Shown here piece by piece: positions 49,083-58,905 of a DNA stretch of 64,000 nucleotides. The position numbers and the translations under genes are program-made. The notes under the pieces are model-generated. The model ran no database searches. It was not told where the DNA came from and saw nothing but the letters and a program-made list of their open reading frames with translations. How positions within the stretch are numbered: position 1 is the stretch's first letter; the number at the start of each line of letters is the position of its first letter. Source of the stretch: an uncultured bacterium (lineage in GTDB: Bacteria; Armatimonadota; Hebobacteria; CAIYQO01); assembly GCA_964638715.1 (NCBI GenBank), contig CAZWZF010000003.1:70288-134287 (forward strand), given 5' to 3'.

Positions 49083-50248
49083 TGAAGAAGATCATAATAT
49101 TTTTAGCATTAATTATTTGTTATAACGCTTTTTCAACCCCGATGTTGTATGTTGTAAATTCATTCTCAGATAACATTTCAGTTATTGATACTATGAAAAA
49201 TCAAGTTGTTACAGAAATAAATTGCTCAGTACCAGTTTATCGAATGATAATTGATAAAGATGGCAAATATGGCTACATAACATCTGCGACGACAGAAAAT
49301 AAATCACAAATGAATGGTCTTTTCAAAATTGATTTGAATAAAAATGTTATTACGCAAAAAATACCACTTGCACTATCCGCGATGTCTAATGTCCACTTAT
49401 CTCCTGGAAGCAACTTCGCATTTGTTGTTACCGCCGGTCCTGCAGGGAAACGCAACGAAATTCGTGGTAAATTGCTGGTAATAGATTTGAAATCCAGTAA
49501 AGTCGTCGGCACCATCCTATTGGGTCTGAACCCTTTAGATAGTGTAATGACAAATGACAGCAAGAAAATCTTTACAACTGACTGGGGCAGCAAATCGGTT
49601 ACAGTAGTTGATTTAATAAAAGGCAGAGTTGAAGATACCATACCATTAGGGAATTACCCGGCACGAACCATGGCGATTTCACCTGATGGCAAACAGATAT
49701 ACTTGCCATTGGAAGAAAGAGCGAGTTCATTACCTACCCAACAAAATTATAATATGCCGTTAAATAACATGCAGCAAACTCAGGCATCAATAAAACAAGA
49801 ATATAATCTGGTTGTCATCAATGTGGACAAATTAAATATTGAGAAATACCACATTGATAATTTAACCCGGCCTATTGCAACCCTAATAAACAAAGATAAA
49901 TTGTATATCCTTAATGTATCAGGAACTGCAAGTAAATTATTTGAAATTAAAATTCCAATAACAGATAAAATAGAACAGTCAGAAAAGATTATCCCGGTTG
50001 CGGTAAATATGACATTCAATCAATTTAATGATAATTTATACCTGATTGGCACTGATGGCGATAAAAAACAGGAAGCGGTAATACAAAAGAATTATAACTC
50101 GCAATCAAACACAGCGAATCAAATACCAAATACAATAAATAACCTGCAGCAATTAAATAAAACAGTCACCGTAATCGACCCGGATACCGGCAAAGTGATT
50201 AAGGTTATTACTGTCGGTGCTATGCCTGTTGATGGGGTTGTGAAGTAG
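49079..50248 (+). CDS. YVTN-family beta-propeller repeat protein (secreted)
   Basis: Signal peptide; LYVVNSFSDNISVID and ISPDGKQIY YVTN-type repeats. Confidence 0.6.
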   Translation: MMKKIIIFLALIICYNAFSTPMLYVVNSFSDNISVIDTMKNQVVTEINCSVPVYRMIIDKDGKYGYITSATTENKSQMNGLFKIDLNKNVITQKIPLALSAMSNVHLSPGSNFAFVVTAGPAGKRNEIRGKLLVIDLKSSKVVGTILLGLNPLDSVMTNDSKKIFTTDWGSKSVTVVDLIKGRVEDTIPLGNYPARTMAISPDGKQIYLPLEERASSLPTQQNYNMPLNNMQQTQASIKQEYNLVVINVDKLNIEKYHIDNLTRPIATLINKDKLYILNVSGTASKLFEIKIPITDKIEQSEKIIPVAVNMTFNQFNDNLYLIGTDGDKKQEAVIQKNYNSQSNTANQIPNTINNLQQLNKTVTVIDPDTGKVIKVITVGAMPVDGVVK

Positions 50249-50323
50249 TGAATAAATTATATATCTATATGATATTGAGTAGATTTGATAAAATAAATTG
50301 TGTGCTAATAGGAGTATTTTTCA

Positions 50324-50833
50324 ATGTCATCAATAACAATTCAGTACAAAAATCAAATCGATGAGCATATCAAAGCTGTAAAAATGCTATATAAAAATAC
50401 TTTGTTTTATTAGATTGACAAAATTATTGCAGCTATTATATTTATTTATGGTCTGTTTACTGTAATAATAATTGGTATTCACTGGTGGACAGTTTTATTA
50501 ATTATATTAGCACCAGTGATATGGTTTGATTTGTTTCCAACGCATACTCTAAAGGTATTTATTTACTTCAAAACTAATCCTAAATTTAAAGATACTTTTA
50601 ATCTTACTTTTCATGAAGATGGAATTAAATTTAAAACTAATATGATTGATTCAAATCTTGATTGGGCTTTATATTCGAAATTGCTTGAGGATAAAAATAT
50701 AATTGTTTTAAAGTATAGTACCAACGATTATACAGTAATTCCCAAACGAGCATTCGCAAACGAAAATGATTTAATTGCATTTCTGGAATTATCTAAGCGG
50801 AAAATTGGCATCAATCAAGAAAATAAACAGTAA
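50324..50833 (+). pseudogene. YcxB-like membrane protein gene interrupted by in-frame TAG at 50411-50413
   Basis: 29-codon ORF (ATG 50324, AGGAG RBS) ends at TAG; the same frame continues directly into two TM helices and a PH-like domain (ORF 50516-50833); no in-frame start codon after the TAG before the TM region. Confidence 0.5.
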
Positions 50834-50855
50834 TCTGATGAAAAATAATTATCAT

Positions 50856-52955
50856 TTATCTCTCAATAACCAGACACCGATCAATCTTCGTACCATCCAA
50901 TTTAATCGGTGTTTTGGCATTTATGCGTAAATCACACGCCACTGTTAATGTTCCATTATTCATAGCAATTTGTAATGCGATTGCTTCGTTTTCCTTGGCT
51001 TCTGAGTTGCCGATTTGAAGTGGTAGGCGTTTCATATCTTTTACTGCAGTTCTGTTACCGGATAAATCATATACGGTTGTAAATAACGTTGCCTGTGCTG
51101 TTCGTCGTCGTATCATCATAGGTACACGTTCATTTAGCGAATAGCCAATTCCTTTACCGGTGAAGATTGTTGACGTTGAATCTCCGTCGCACCATATTAC
51201 ATATTTTTTATCTTTATCAAACTGACCCGAGACTTTAAATTGTGTTGTTCCGGGTGCTGACTGTATATCTGTTATATGCTGGTAGCCACTTGTTTTCCCA
51301 AGTGTTTCTAATGGTGATAACTGCATATCAATTGAACAGCCGCCGCGTGCATGCATCACCCAATCGGTTTGCTGTTCTTTCTCTCCTATGACAAGGAAAA
51401 AATCAATCAGTATGTTATCTTTCAGAATTACAAAACGGCGCATTGTATTACCTGGATATGCGCCAGTACTTTCCATTAATGCGGCTGAATACTCTTTGTC
51501 AGTATGGAAATAAAGCATCTTGCCGGTATCAGGTTGCTGATTTTCTCCATTTAGCACTACAGTATTATGCGCAAGTGTCGTCCGGCACCAGGTTTCATAT
51601 TCAGGAACGCTGTAGGTAATGCGACCAGGATCGAGTAATATTTCATTACCCATTGCATATAACACCAGATTTAATTTATCTGGATGGCCATGATGGTCGC
51701 CGTGTTGGCCGTAGTCTATCATAGCGCAGATTGCCTTTTCTCCCAAACCATCGCGTAATGCGGCAATCCCTATACTGCTGAGATTTGAACTGTTTAATTG
51801 TTCTGCTTTCTCGGTTGTTGCTTCACCGGTATATGGCAGAAATCGTTTATCTTTGAAGTATGAATATCCATAACGATAAAAGTCGCTCCAACTATATACT
51901 GATCCCGGGTCGCTATCGTGAAATACTGGAAATTGCCCATTTGGATAAGCCATTGAAATAGGACCAAGCCACATGCTCCTGAGCCGCTTATTATCCGCGA
52001 AGTTCCATCCAACTCGCGCACAGGAATCAAGAGTTTGAATAATTGCCAGCATCGCGTAACGCTGGTATGACATGGTTCCTTCATACCATAACCCGTCATC
52101 TGTTACTGATTCTTTCATTTGCCATAGAAATCCATGTGCACCATTAATACCCGCGTTTATCAATGATTTGTCGCCGATAGCAACCCCGACAGTAACATAC
52201 GAGGCATTAAACCAAGTTTGATGATTATTTTTAGAACCAGCAAAAATTTGGAACTTCATCACATTTTCAACAGTTCTTTTCAAGAGATTCTGCTCGATAT
52301 TATTACGCTGTTCGGCGGTAATATTAGGAGCGTCAGATATTAAATCATAAGCTTTAGCCAGAATGATAATAGTGTAGCTTTCATCAAGTAACTGTGCATA
52401 CCGCCAACCACCTACGACTGCCAACAAACCACGACGACCCCAGCGGTCATGATGTTCCCAGGTTGGGTAAAGACGCGCCAACTCGCAAAGCGCTTTAATT
52501 ACCGGTTCTGCGTATTTCACTTCTCCAGTAAGTGCATAGGTGAGTGCCAGTGTATAACAAGCATCATTAAGTTGGTCATTAAGGATTGTTCGATAAGAAG
52601 CCTGTGTGCGTTCATCGGTATATACAGCATGGCAAACCGGGCAAACATGACGTTCCAATGATTCAGGATTTAGACGCGCACCATCTTTGGGACAGGCATA
52701 ATAAAAATACCAGTTCCCTTCAAGTGTGGGTACTGTAAGCCCTTGTTTCAATAAAATATCGGAACGTTCACGCAGGTGTGTGATTTCAGCAGAACGTTTT
52801 GCATCAGCTTTCCACGCATTAATTTCATCTGTAGTATATGCTAATCGAGGGTGGCTTTTAAATACAGGTTCCGGTAATTTGGATGCACAGTTAATCACTG
52901 TTGAAATAATGCAGAAGGAAATAAAAACAAAAATAATTCGTAAAATATTTGTCAT
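50856..52955 (-). CDS. heparinase II/III-family polysaccharide lyase-like protein (secreted)
   Basis: Signal peptide; alginate-lyase-like N-domain; HGHPDKLNLVLYAMGNEILLDPG heparinase II/III motif. Confidence 0.65.
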   Translation of the reverse strand: MTNILRIIFVFISFCIISTVINCASKLPEPVFKSHPRLAYTTDEINAWKADAKRSAEITHLRERSDILLKQGLTVPTLEGNWYFYYACPKDGARLNPESLERHVCPVCHAVYTDERTQASYRTILNDQLNDACYTLALTYALTGEVKYAEPVIKALCELARLYPTWEHHDRWGRRGLLAVVGGWRYAQLLDESYTIIILAKAYDLISDAPNITAEQRNNIEQNLLKRTVENVMKFQIFAGSKNNHQTWFNASYVTVGVAIGDKSLINAGINGAHGFLWQMKESVTDDGLWYEGTMSYQRYAMLAIIQTLDSCARVGWNFADNKRLRSMWLGPISMAYPNGQFPVFHDSDPGSVYSWSDFYRYGYSYFKDKRFLPYTGEATTEKAEQLNSSNLSSIGIAALRDGLGEKAICAMIDYGQHGDHHGHPDKLNLVLYAMGNEILLDPGRITYSVPEYETWCRTTLAHNTVVLNGENQQPDTGKMLYFHTDKEYSAALMESTGAYPGNTMRRFVILKDNILIDFFLVIGEKEQQTDWVMHARGGCSIDMQLSPLETLGKTSGYQHITDIQSAPGTTQFKVSGQFDKDKKYVIWCDGDSTSTIFTGKGIGYSLNERVPMMIRRRTAQATLFTTVYDLSGNRTAVKDMKRLPLQIGNSEAKENEAIALQIAMNNGTLTVACDLRINAKTPIKLDGTKIDRCLVIER

Positions 52956-53050
52956 GAATTATATTTATCTGTTTTTAAGGTGATTCCTGCTTGTTGAAGA
53001 ATAAGGTAGGATTGATGTTTATATAATTATATGAAATAATGTGTGTTAGG

Positions 53051-53335
53051 TTATTTAACAGTTCTTTTACTTAGTGTCTTTAATGAATCAAGATTACCGT
53101 TAATTAATGCTTCTTTTTTAGCATGTGACCATCCTTTTAACTGACGCTCACGCATAATGGCTTTTAATTGGGTATCAAATGATTCTGAATAAACAAGCGT
53201 AACAGGACGTCTAATAAACGTGTATGCTGCTCCAAGAGTACCTTCATTATGCTCTTTTAATCTTGATTCTAAGTTTTGAGTAAAACCAACATAATATAAA
53301 TTATCAGCACATAATAGAATATAGGTATAGAACAT
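53051..53335 (-). CDS. GIY-YIG nuclease-family small protein (UPF0213/YhbQ-like)
   Basis: YTYILLCADNLYYVGFTQNLESRLKEHN GIY-YIG motif; 94 aa. Confidence 0.75.
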   Translation of the reverse strand: MFYTYILLCADNLYYVGFTQNLESRLKEHNEGTLGAAYTFIRRPVTLVYSESFDTQLKAIMRERQLKGWSHAKKEALINGNLDSLKTLSKRTVK

Positions 53336-53505
53336 GAAGGATATATCCGGTTTGTAAAATGAATTATATCTGCTGACTATTACCAGCCCTTCGATTCGTT
53401 TAACTCACTCAGGGCACCATTCGACTTTATAAAATTTAAAACTTCACTTACTATTCAACTGGCCTGCCATGAGCGACCAAAGGGCGAAGCCCAAAGGAAG
53501 TCGAA

Positions 53506-53581
53506 TGGTGGGCCGGGCAGGATTCGAACCTGCGACCAAGAGATTATGAGTCTCCTGCGCTAACCACTGCGCCACCGGCCC
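53506..53581 (-). tRNA. tRNA-Met (anticodon CAT; initiator, elongator or Ile2 type not resolved); CCA encoded
   Basis: Minus-strand sequence GGGCCGGTGGCGCAGTGGTTAGCGCAGGAGACTCATAATCTCTTGGTCGCAGGTTCGAATCCTGCCCGGCCCACCA folds as a cloverleaf: 7-bp acceptor stem, GGTTCGAATCC T-arm, anticodon loop CTCATAA. Confidence 0.85.
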
Positions 53582-53604
53582 GTTGTGTTTGGTGAAGCAG
53601 GCAT

Positions 53605-53633
53605 ATTTTATCAATATATGAGATAGAAGTCAA
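53605..53633 (-). promoter_or_regulatory. sigma-70 promoter TTGACT-N17-TAAAAT for the tRNA-Met gene
   Basis: Reverse complement gives TTGACT, 17-nt spacer, TAAAAT, ~20 nt upstream of the tRNA 5' end. Confidence 0.5.
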
Positions 53634-53754
53634 GATGATTTTACTGTTTTTCTGGTATTTTTTCTCTATTGATATAATTGAGTCAAATTTGTATTTACAC
53701 AAACAGCAATAACTGGCAGAATATCAACAGATTAATAACGAGGTAAAATTAAGA

Positions 53755-54879
53755 ATGATTTATCGTGAGTTAGGCAAAACCGGCTTAAAAGTTTCACAAT
53801 TGGGCTTTGGAGCTATGAGATTGCCGATGATGGATACCAGTGATAGTAAAAGGATTGTTAACCGCGAGTTGGCGATTCCTATGATTCACCGTGCATTTGA
53901 AGCAGGTGTTAATTACATTGATTCCGCGGTTGGATATTGTGATGGTGATAGTCAGAAAGCAGTAGGGGACGCTTTACAATCATGGGGACGTGAGAAAATT
54001 ATTGTATCAACAAAAAACCATTACTATGGAACAGATGAAAAAGAGTGGTGGACCAACCTGGAAAATTCTTTGAAATTTTTAAAGACTGATTACATTGACA
54101 TCTACAACCACCATGGTATGGGTTGGGATGCATATACAAACTGTATTGTTCCTCGCATAGGTGAATGGACTAAGAAGGCGAAAGAACAAGGTTTGATTCG
54201 TCACGTTTGCAATTCATTCCATGATAATAATGAAAATCTGAAAAAAATCGTTGATTCTGGCTACTCGTCAGTAATAACCCTCCAATATAATATGCTGGAT
54301 CGTTCATTAGAAGAAGGAATTGGTTACGCCCATGAAAAAGGAGTAGGAATTATATGTATGGGACCAGTTGGTGGCGGAAGATTAGGAGCAACAAGTACGG
54401 TATTGGAGAATCTTGTTCCAGGAATTAAAAGAGTTCCTGAATTAGCTCTCAGATTTGTATTGAGCAATAAGAATATTTCATTGGCACTAAGCGGTATGAG
54501 CACTATGCAGCAGATTGAAGAAAATATCGTCACTGCTGCTGATGAGATAACGCTATCAGAAGAAGAGAACGCAGCAATTACTGCCCATGTTATAAATTTG
54601 AAAAAGATGGCTGATTTATATTGCAGCGGATGCCGGTACTGTATGCCTTGCCCTAATGGTGTTAATATTCCTGGAGTATTTGATATTTATAATCAAGCGA
54701 AAGTATATGGCTTATGGGATTTGGCTAAGCACCGTTATAATAATGATTTAGGACCAGAACATAAAAATGGGAAACGCGGCGATGAATGTACTGATTGCGG
54801 TGCTTGCGAGCCAAAATGTCCGCAAAACATTGAGATTCGACGGCAATTGGCAGAGGCTCATAAAGCATTAACAAAATAG
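53755..54879 (+). CDS. aldo/keto reductase with C-terminal 4Fe-4S ferredoxin-type cysteine clusters
   Basis: AKR N-terminus LGKTGLKVSQLGFG; C-terminal CSGCRYCMPCP and CTDCGACEPKCP motifs; extended -10 TGATATAAT at 53670-53678. Confidence 0.75.
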   Translation: MIYRELGKTGLKVSQLGFGAMRLPMMDTSDSKRIVNRELAIPMIHRAFEAGVNYIDSAVGYCDGDSQKAVGDALQSWGREKIIVSTKNHYYGTDEKEWWTNLENSLKFLKTDYIDIYNHHGMGWDAYTNCIVPRIGEWTKKAKEQGLIRHVCNSFHDNNENLKKIVDSGYSSVITLQYNMLDRSLEEGIGYAHEKGVGIICMGPVGGGRLGATSTVLENLVPGIKRVPELALRFVLSNKNISLALSGMSTMQQIEENIVTAADEITLSEEENAAITAHVINLKKMADLYCSGCRYCMPCPNGVNIPGVFDIYNQAKVYGLWDLAKHRYNNDLGPEHKNGKRGDECTDCGACEPKCPQNIEIRRQLAEAHKALTK

Positions 54880-54904
54880 TACCAAACTAAATATGGCAAT
54901 AAAA

Positions 54905-54938
54905 AACGAGTACGGCAAATCATAATGCCATACTCGTT
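54905..54938. terminator. bidirectional terminator between the AKR gene and mraY
   Basis: AACGAGTA-(inner GGCA..TGCC)-TACTCGTT with A6 and T-rich flanks. Confidence 0.6.
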
Positions 54939-54958
54939 TAATTTTAAATTGCTTCTAA

Positions 54959-55948
54959 TTACTTTGCTAAAAATCCAATAACTATGGTTGCAATAACAAT
55001 TGATAAAATCCATGCCCGGGTAACAATAGCAGTTTCTTTCCATCCGCAAAGTTCAAGATGATGATGATATGGACTCATTTTAAAGACTCGTTTGCCGGTA
55101 GTCTTAAATGAAATTACTTGAATTATGACTGAAAACATTTCAACCATGAATATAAGACAGATAACTACCATCAATGCTTCAATTTTCAATATTATTGCTG
55201 CACCTGCGACAAGTGCTCCGATTGCCAGAGAACCGGTATCTCCCATGAATACCGCAGCCGGATTGCAATTAAATACCAGGAAAGCAAGGCAAGCCGCCGC
55301 AAGACATGCCATAATAATTGCGCTTGCTTCATTAGAAGGTGAATAGATTGCGGTTACAGCAACGAAAATAGGTGCAAGTGAACTAAATATAGTTGTACCA
55401 GCAGCCAGTCCATCCAGTCCATCAGTGAGATTTACTGCATTACTGAATGCGGTAATAAACAGTATTGCAAATATCCAATAAAACCATCCGAAATGTAATG
55501 TTGTGCCGAATATTGAAATATCAGTATTTAACCCACCCATCAGAAATTGGATACCGACTAAAAAAGCTGCCGAGAAGATAACTTGTAAAATTAGTTTTTC
55601 ACGCGCCCGCAATCCCAACGAACGTCCCTGGTTAATTTTTTTCCAGTCATCTATTGAACCGATTACAGCATGAGCAATAAATATACCGGAAAGTAAAAGC
55701 GAGGGAATAGTAATAGCAGAATTACGAAGAATAGCAATTATTACCCCAATAACTACTGCAATAACAATAGCAATACCACCCATTGTTGGAGTTCCAGCTT
55801 TGTTTTTATGGGCATCAGGTCCTTCCTCGCGTATACGCTGACCGTATTTTCTTTTTTGGAGAAATTTAATTAAAGAAGGTAAGAATAGCAGCGCAACAAC
55901 AAAAGTTGTCACTGCTGGTATTAGCAGTGTTAAGATGTAATTATGCAT
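54959..55948 (-). CDS. mraY: phospho-N-acetylmuramoyl-pentapeptide transferase
   Basis: KAGTPTMGG signature; 10-TM GT4 MraY/WecA fold. Confidence 0.8.
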   Translation of the reverse strand: MHNYILTLLIPAVTTFVVALLFLPSLIKFLQKRKYGQRIREEGPDAHKNKAGTPTMGGIAIVIAVVIGVIIAILRNSAITIPSLLLSGIFIAHAVIGSIDDWKKINQGRSLGLRAREKLILQVIFSAAFLVGIQFLMGGLNTDISIFGTTLHFGWFYWIFAILFITAFSNAVNLTDGLDGLAAGTTIFSSLAPIFVAVTAIYSPSNEASAIIMACLAAACLAFLVFNCNPAAVFMGDTGSLAIGALVAGAAIILKIEALMVVICLIFMVEMFSVIIQVISFKTTGKRVFKMSPYHHHLELCGWKETAIVTRAWILSIVIATIVIGFLAK

Positions 55949-56049
55949 TTTATGGTACCTGTGCTGTGAATAAAGTGTGACTTGACCAGAAATATTATAG
56001 CAGTAAAACGGTATTTACAACAAATGATATAGATAAATATTAAAAAAAT

Positions 56050-56398
<349 letters not shown>

Positions 56399-56486
56399 GA
56401 TATATTATACATTTTTATATGAATATTTACGACAGGTGAATTTTATCAATGACATTTTTCTGTAGAAGTATTAAAATAATGCTGAT

Positions 56487-57869
56487 ATGGCTACATTTAC
56501 AATTTATAATATTCTTGAAGCAATAGATGGTCGTTGGTTAATTAAAGGGACAACTGATAAATTTACAGGTATTTCTACTGATTCACGCAAAGTAAAACCC
56601 GGGGATTTATTTATTGCCATTAAAGGTGATAACTTTGACGGGCATCAATATTTAGATAAAGCAAAAAGCGCAGGTGCTGCCGGGGCAGTTATATGTACCA
56701 GTATTGACGGTGTAAATCATAAAGTAAATGAACCAAAGCAAGGTGATTGGAATCTGATAGAAGTAATTGACACTGTCTACGCCTACGGTAGAATTGCCCG
56801 TTTTCATCGCAGAAAATATAAAATTCCAGTTGTTGCCATAACAGGAAGTGCCGGGAAAACAACTACAAAAGAATTAACTGCCGCTGTATTAAGTATTAAA
56901 TACAATACATTAAAAACTGAAGCAAATTTTAATAATGAAATTGGTTTGCCATTAACATTGTTAAAATTATCTGATGAATATAAAGCCGCAGTTATTGAAA
57001 TGGGTATGCGGGGCAGGGGACAAATTGGATATTTGACATCCATTACTCGTCCTACGATTGGTGTTATTACTAATGTAGGTATGACACACATGGAATTGCT
57101 GGGTTCACAAGACGCAATCGCACATGCCAAAGCTGAACTGTTGGATGAAATGCCAAAATCTTCTTTATCTATTTTACCATTCGATGATATGTATTTCCCC
57201 ATGTTATGCGAACATGCCAAAGGAGATATATTCACATTTGGAATGCATCCACACAGCGACATAAAGGCAGAAAATATTGAAATTATGCCTGGCGGATGCG
57301 CATCATTTGATTTGAAAGTTAATTTCGCGTCTTGTAAAGTTAAATTATCAGTTCCAGGAAGGCATCAGGTTAATAATGCATTAGCTGCTGCGGCGGTTGG
57401 ATTCAATGCGGGGATATCTTTAGAAGAAATCGCTGAAGGTTTGGCAATTTATCATGGGGAAAAAGGCCGGATGCAGGTATTTACAAGTGAAGACGGTTAT
57501 ATGGTCGTTGATGATACCTATAATGCAAATCCCGCTGCTATGCAGGCAACATTGGAGTTTTTGGCAGAATGTCCGGGTAATAAGAAAATAGCTGTAATTG
57601 CAGATATGCGTGAATTAGGCGGCATGGAGAAAGAAATCCATCGTGAAATAGGTGAGTTAGCGGCGTCGTTAAAAATTGATGTGGTAATTGCAACGGGAGA
57701 ATTGGGAAGAGAATATGTCAGAGGTGCTGGTGAAAACATCGCATGCTGGCAGCCTGACCATGATGCAGTTATTGAAGCAGTAAGAAAAATAGCTGCATCT
57801 GGAGATATTATACTGGTAAAAGGCAGTCGTGCAATGCAAATGGAGAAAGTTGTAAACGGAATATTGTAA
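56487..57869 (+). CDS. murF: UDP-N-acetylmuramoyl-tripeptide--D-alanyl-D-alanine ligase
   Basis: Mur ligase domains; GSAGKTTTKE P-loop. Confidence 0.85.
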   Translation: MATFTIYNILEAIDGRWLIKGTTDKFTGISTDSRKVKPGDLFIAIKGDNFDGHQYLDKAKSAGAAGAVICTSIDGVNHKVNEPKQGDWNLIEVIDTVYAYGRIARFHRRKYKIPVVAITGSAGKTTTKELTAAVLSIKYNTLKTEANFNNEIGLPLTLLKLSDEYKAAVIEMGMRGRGQIGYLTSITRPTIGVITNVGMTHMELLGSQDAIAHAKAELLDEMPKSSLSILPFDDMYFPMLCEHAKGDIFTFGMHPHSDIKAENIEIMPGGCASFDLKVNFASCKVKLSVPGRHQVNNALAAAAVGFNAGISLEEIAEGLAIYHGEKGRMQVFTSEDGYMVVDDTYNANPAAMQATLEFLAECPGNKKIAVIADMRELGGMEKEIHREIGELAASLKIDVVIATGELGREYVRGAGENIACWQPDHDAVIEAVRKIAASGDIILVKGSRAMQMEKVVNGIL

Positions 57870-57909
57870 TATGCAAGACGCATTTATTTGCGCCTTGCGT
57901 ATTTAAAAA

Positions 57910-58905
57910 TTATTCACCTGTTATAATTTTTAATATTTGATTAAAATCTGTGCACATATTATTTAGAAGCGGTCGATAACCGCTTGCATTAATATTGCCG
58001 CCTTCAATGCCTATACAAGCAAATCCTGCTAACCTTACCGACATTACTCCGGCACCTGAATCTTCAATACCTACAACTTTATGTTTACGCGCCGGATCAA
58101 TACCTAATCCTACACGTGCTGTTTCAGCATATAACCATGGGTGAGGTTTCGGTGATAATTCACCTAAAGTTCCGGTTGATTCACGTCCGAATGCCTGTCC
58201 TGCAGTTATAATTGCATCATAAAATTCAAGTGGATTTCCCATATTAAGAGTGCGAAACGCTGCGACTATTTCTGGCCATGCTTTTTCATACAGTCCACTG
58301 GTGACTAAGCCAATTATTATTTTACGAGCCTTTAACTCTAATAAAAAATCTTTTAATCCCGGGGCCGGTTGAAACGATTCTGGATGACCGCGACCTTCTA
58401 CAATTTCCTGCATTTCTTCCCGTACTATTTTAAAATAGATTTCTCTTGCTTCTTCAACAGTATTCTTCTGTGCATATTTCTTAATACAATATTGCAAATG
58501 TTCAGAAACTGAATGACCAGCGACATGTGGTTCATCAACTTTTTCTAATTTAAAACAATCATCATGCAGCAATTTTGCTACTGTCTGTTCAATTGTCCAC
58601 ATCCAGAATGCTTCACTGTGAACACTGGTTCCGTCCAGATCCATTAATACAACCTCAGCCGGTGCTTCAAATTTCGCCGCATGTAATGGATAAATAGCGG
58701 GATATCCCATTGCGGATTTGACATATACTAATGTTTTATTTGAAAAAATAATAAATTCAGCTTTTCTGTCGCGTGGAGTTACTATTCTTTTAACACCATC
58801 TATGCCTACCTGAAAAATACCGTCACCGCCGACATTTAAATCCATTAAATCGTGCTGTTGTTCAGCTTTTATTATACCTAAACCGGGTATTAAATCTATA
58901 GTCAT
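57910..58905 (-). CDS. HAD-superfamily hydrolase with ~85-aa N-terminal extension
   Basis: LMDLDGT motif I and GIEDSGAG motif. Confidence 0.6.
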   Translation of the reverse strand: MTIDLIPGLGIIKAEQQHDLMDLNVGGDGIFQVGIDGVKRIVTPRDRKAEFIIFSNKTLVYVKSAMGYPAIYPLHAAKFEAPAEVVLMDLDGTSVHSEAFWMWTIEQTVAKLLHDDCFKLEKVDEPHVAGHSVSEHLQYCIKKYAQKNTVEEAREIYFKIVREEMQEIVEGRGHPESFQPAPGLKDFLLELKARKIIIGLVTSGLYEKAWPEIVAAFRTLNMGNPLEFYDAIITAGQAFGRESTGTLGELSPKPHPWLYAETARVGLGIDPARKHKVVGIEDSGAGVMSVRLAGFACIGIEGGNINASGYRPLLNNMCTDFNQILKIITGE

